Shown here: positions 62,714 to 64,000 of the stretch, one piece after another
Numbering within the stretch: the stretch's first letter is position 1
Layout of the letters: the number at the start of each line of letters is the position of its first letter
Source: Octopus vulgaris
Lineage: Eukaryota
Direction of reading: 5' to 3'
Assembly (NCBI GenBank): GCA_951406725.2
Contig: OX597815.1
Span: 15,376,001-15,440,000, forward strand
DNA length: 64,000 nt
Made by a program: the position numbers and the translations under genes
The notes under the pieces: model-generated
The model's database searches: none
What the model saw: only the letters and a program-made list of their open reading frames with translations
Told to the model about the DNA's origin: nothing

Positions 62714-63082
62714 AAGGTGGCAAGCTGGCAGAATCATTAGCATGCCGGGTGAAATGCTTAACGGTATTTCGTCTGCCATTATGTTCTGAGTTCAAATTCT
62801 GCTGAGGTCGACTTCGCCTTTCATCCTTTCGGGGTCAATTAAATAAGAACCAGTTACGCACTGGGGTCGATATAATCGACTTAATCCGTTTAAAATCAAA
62901 AAATTAAAAAAAATTAAAATTAAATCATTAGGTATTTCGTCTGCCATTACATTCTGAGTTCAAATTCTGCCGAGGTCGACTTTGCCTTTCCTCCTTACGG
63001 GGTCAATATAATCGACTTAATCCGTTTGTCTGTCCTTGTTTGTCCTCTCTGTGTTTAGCCCCTTGTGGGTAGTAAAGAAATA
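62714..63082 (+). mobile_element. SINE family A with an internal duplication, inserted in the exon 8 acceptor region
   Basis: 19-bp TSD AGTATAATTCTGTTTTATT at 62695-62713 and 63083-63101. Confidence 0.88.
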
Positions 63083-63105
63083 AGTATAATTCTGTTTTAT
63101 TTCAG

Positions 63106-63293
63106 CTATATTCACCAAACATTCCAGTGACTGGGAACCTGCCTTACGTATCTACAGGGGCCCATTTTTACTCATACTTGATGTCTTCTTACTTGGGATG
63201 AATACTTATGGATGGAGAACATCAGGTGTTAATCATGTTTTAATATTCGAACTTGATCCTCGAAATCATTTGACCCATCAGCAGCTACTCGAG
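63106..63293 (+). CDS. XPR1: XPR1 coding exon 8 (gene continues past the window)
   Basis: tttcag|(A)[62 protein letters not shown]|gtcagt; 188 nt, phase 1 to 0. Confidence 0.96.
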
Positions 63294-63309
63294 GTCAGTA
63301 TAGTGTTTA

Positions 63310-63605
63310 TCATCATCATCATTACTATCATCATCATCATCATCGTTTAGCGTCCATTTTCTGCGCTAGCACGGGTTGGACGGTTTGACCGGGGTCTGGG
63401 AAGCCAGGGGCTGCACCAGGCTCCAGTCTGATCTGGCAGTGTTTCTACAGCTGGATGCCCTTCCTAATGCCAACCACTCCGCGAGTGTAGTGGGTGCTTT
63501 TTACGTGCCACCTGCACAGGTGCCAGAGAAGTCTGGCATCGGCCACGATTGGTTGGTGCTTTTTATGTGCCACCGGCACGAAAGCCAGCCAAGGCGGCGC
63601 TGGCA
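63310..63605 (-). mobile_element. RTE-LINE 3' tail repeat (family C)
   Basis: Near-identical to 6956-7225. Confidence 0.85.
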
Positions 63606-63799
63606 GTCATTAATCAGTTCTACAACCATTATTACTACTTCCATTGTCAAAGTATACCCCATTGCCAGCCACCTTCGTCATTACCACCATGATCATCAAC
63701 ATCAGCATCATAAACTACCGAATAACCACAGTAAGTTAATAATTAGGCAGCACATCAATCACATAACTCTCTACCATGACTACCATTATTATTAATATC

Positions 63800-64000
63800 A
63801 AAGCACCATCCGAATCGTGGCCGATGCCAGCGCCGCCTCGACTGGCTTCCATGCCGGTGGCACGTAAAAAGCACCATCCAAATCATGGCCAAAGCCAGTG
63901 CTGCCTCGACTGGCTTCCATGCCGGTGGCACGTAAAATGCACCATCCAAATCATGGCCAAAGCCAGTGCCGCCTCGACTGGCTTCTGTGCCGGTGGCACG
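63800..64000 (+). mobile_element. Family C ~59-bp subrepeat array, running off the window
   Basis: AAGCACCATCC...GCCTCGACTGGCTTCC...GGTGGCACGT repeated at least three times. Confidence 0.8.

Overview
AT-rich, repeat-dense animal genomic DNA, most likely an octopus (inferred from the SINE/RTE families and the TA/CA microsatellite load). There is one 100-N scaffold gap at 33464-33563. Two protein-coding genes lie on the + strand. The first is a glycogen-targeting PP1 regulatory subunit (PPP1R3B/C-like; main exon 7391-8351, probable 17-nt first coding exon 6558-6574). The second is the first eight coding exons of the SPX-EXS phosphate exporter XPR1 (40790-63293, continuing beyond the window); all eight are phase-compatible and bounded by GT donors and AG acceptors. 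The rest is transposons (two abundant tRNA-SINE families, a V-type SINE, RTE/CR1/Tx1/R4/Penelope fragments, Merlin, piggyBac and Tc1 MITEs, non-autonomous Helitrons) and a 2.7-kb GGT-rich satellite. Highlights: a near-canonical minimal hammerhead ribozyme on the sense strand of XPR1 intron 7 (62269-62313); a set of short asymmetric fold-back elements, probably Penelope-derived and several with hammerhead-like cores, three of them stacked just upstream of XPR1 exon 5; a duplicated DR3+DR1 nuclear-receptor element plus a perfect RORE at the PPP1R3 promoter; and a SINE inserted into the XPR1 exon 8 acceptor. Repeat boundaries were set by eye and are approximate.
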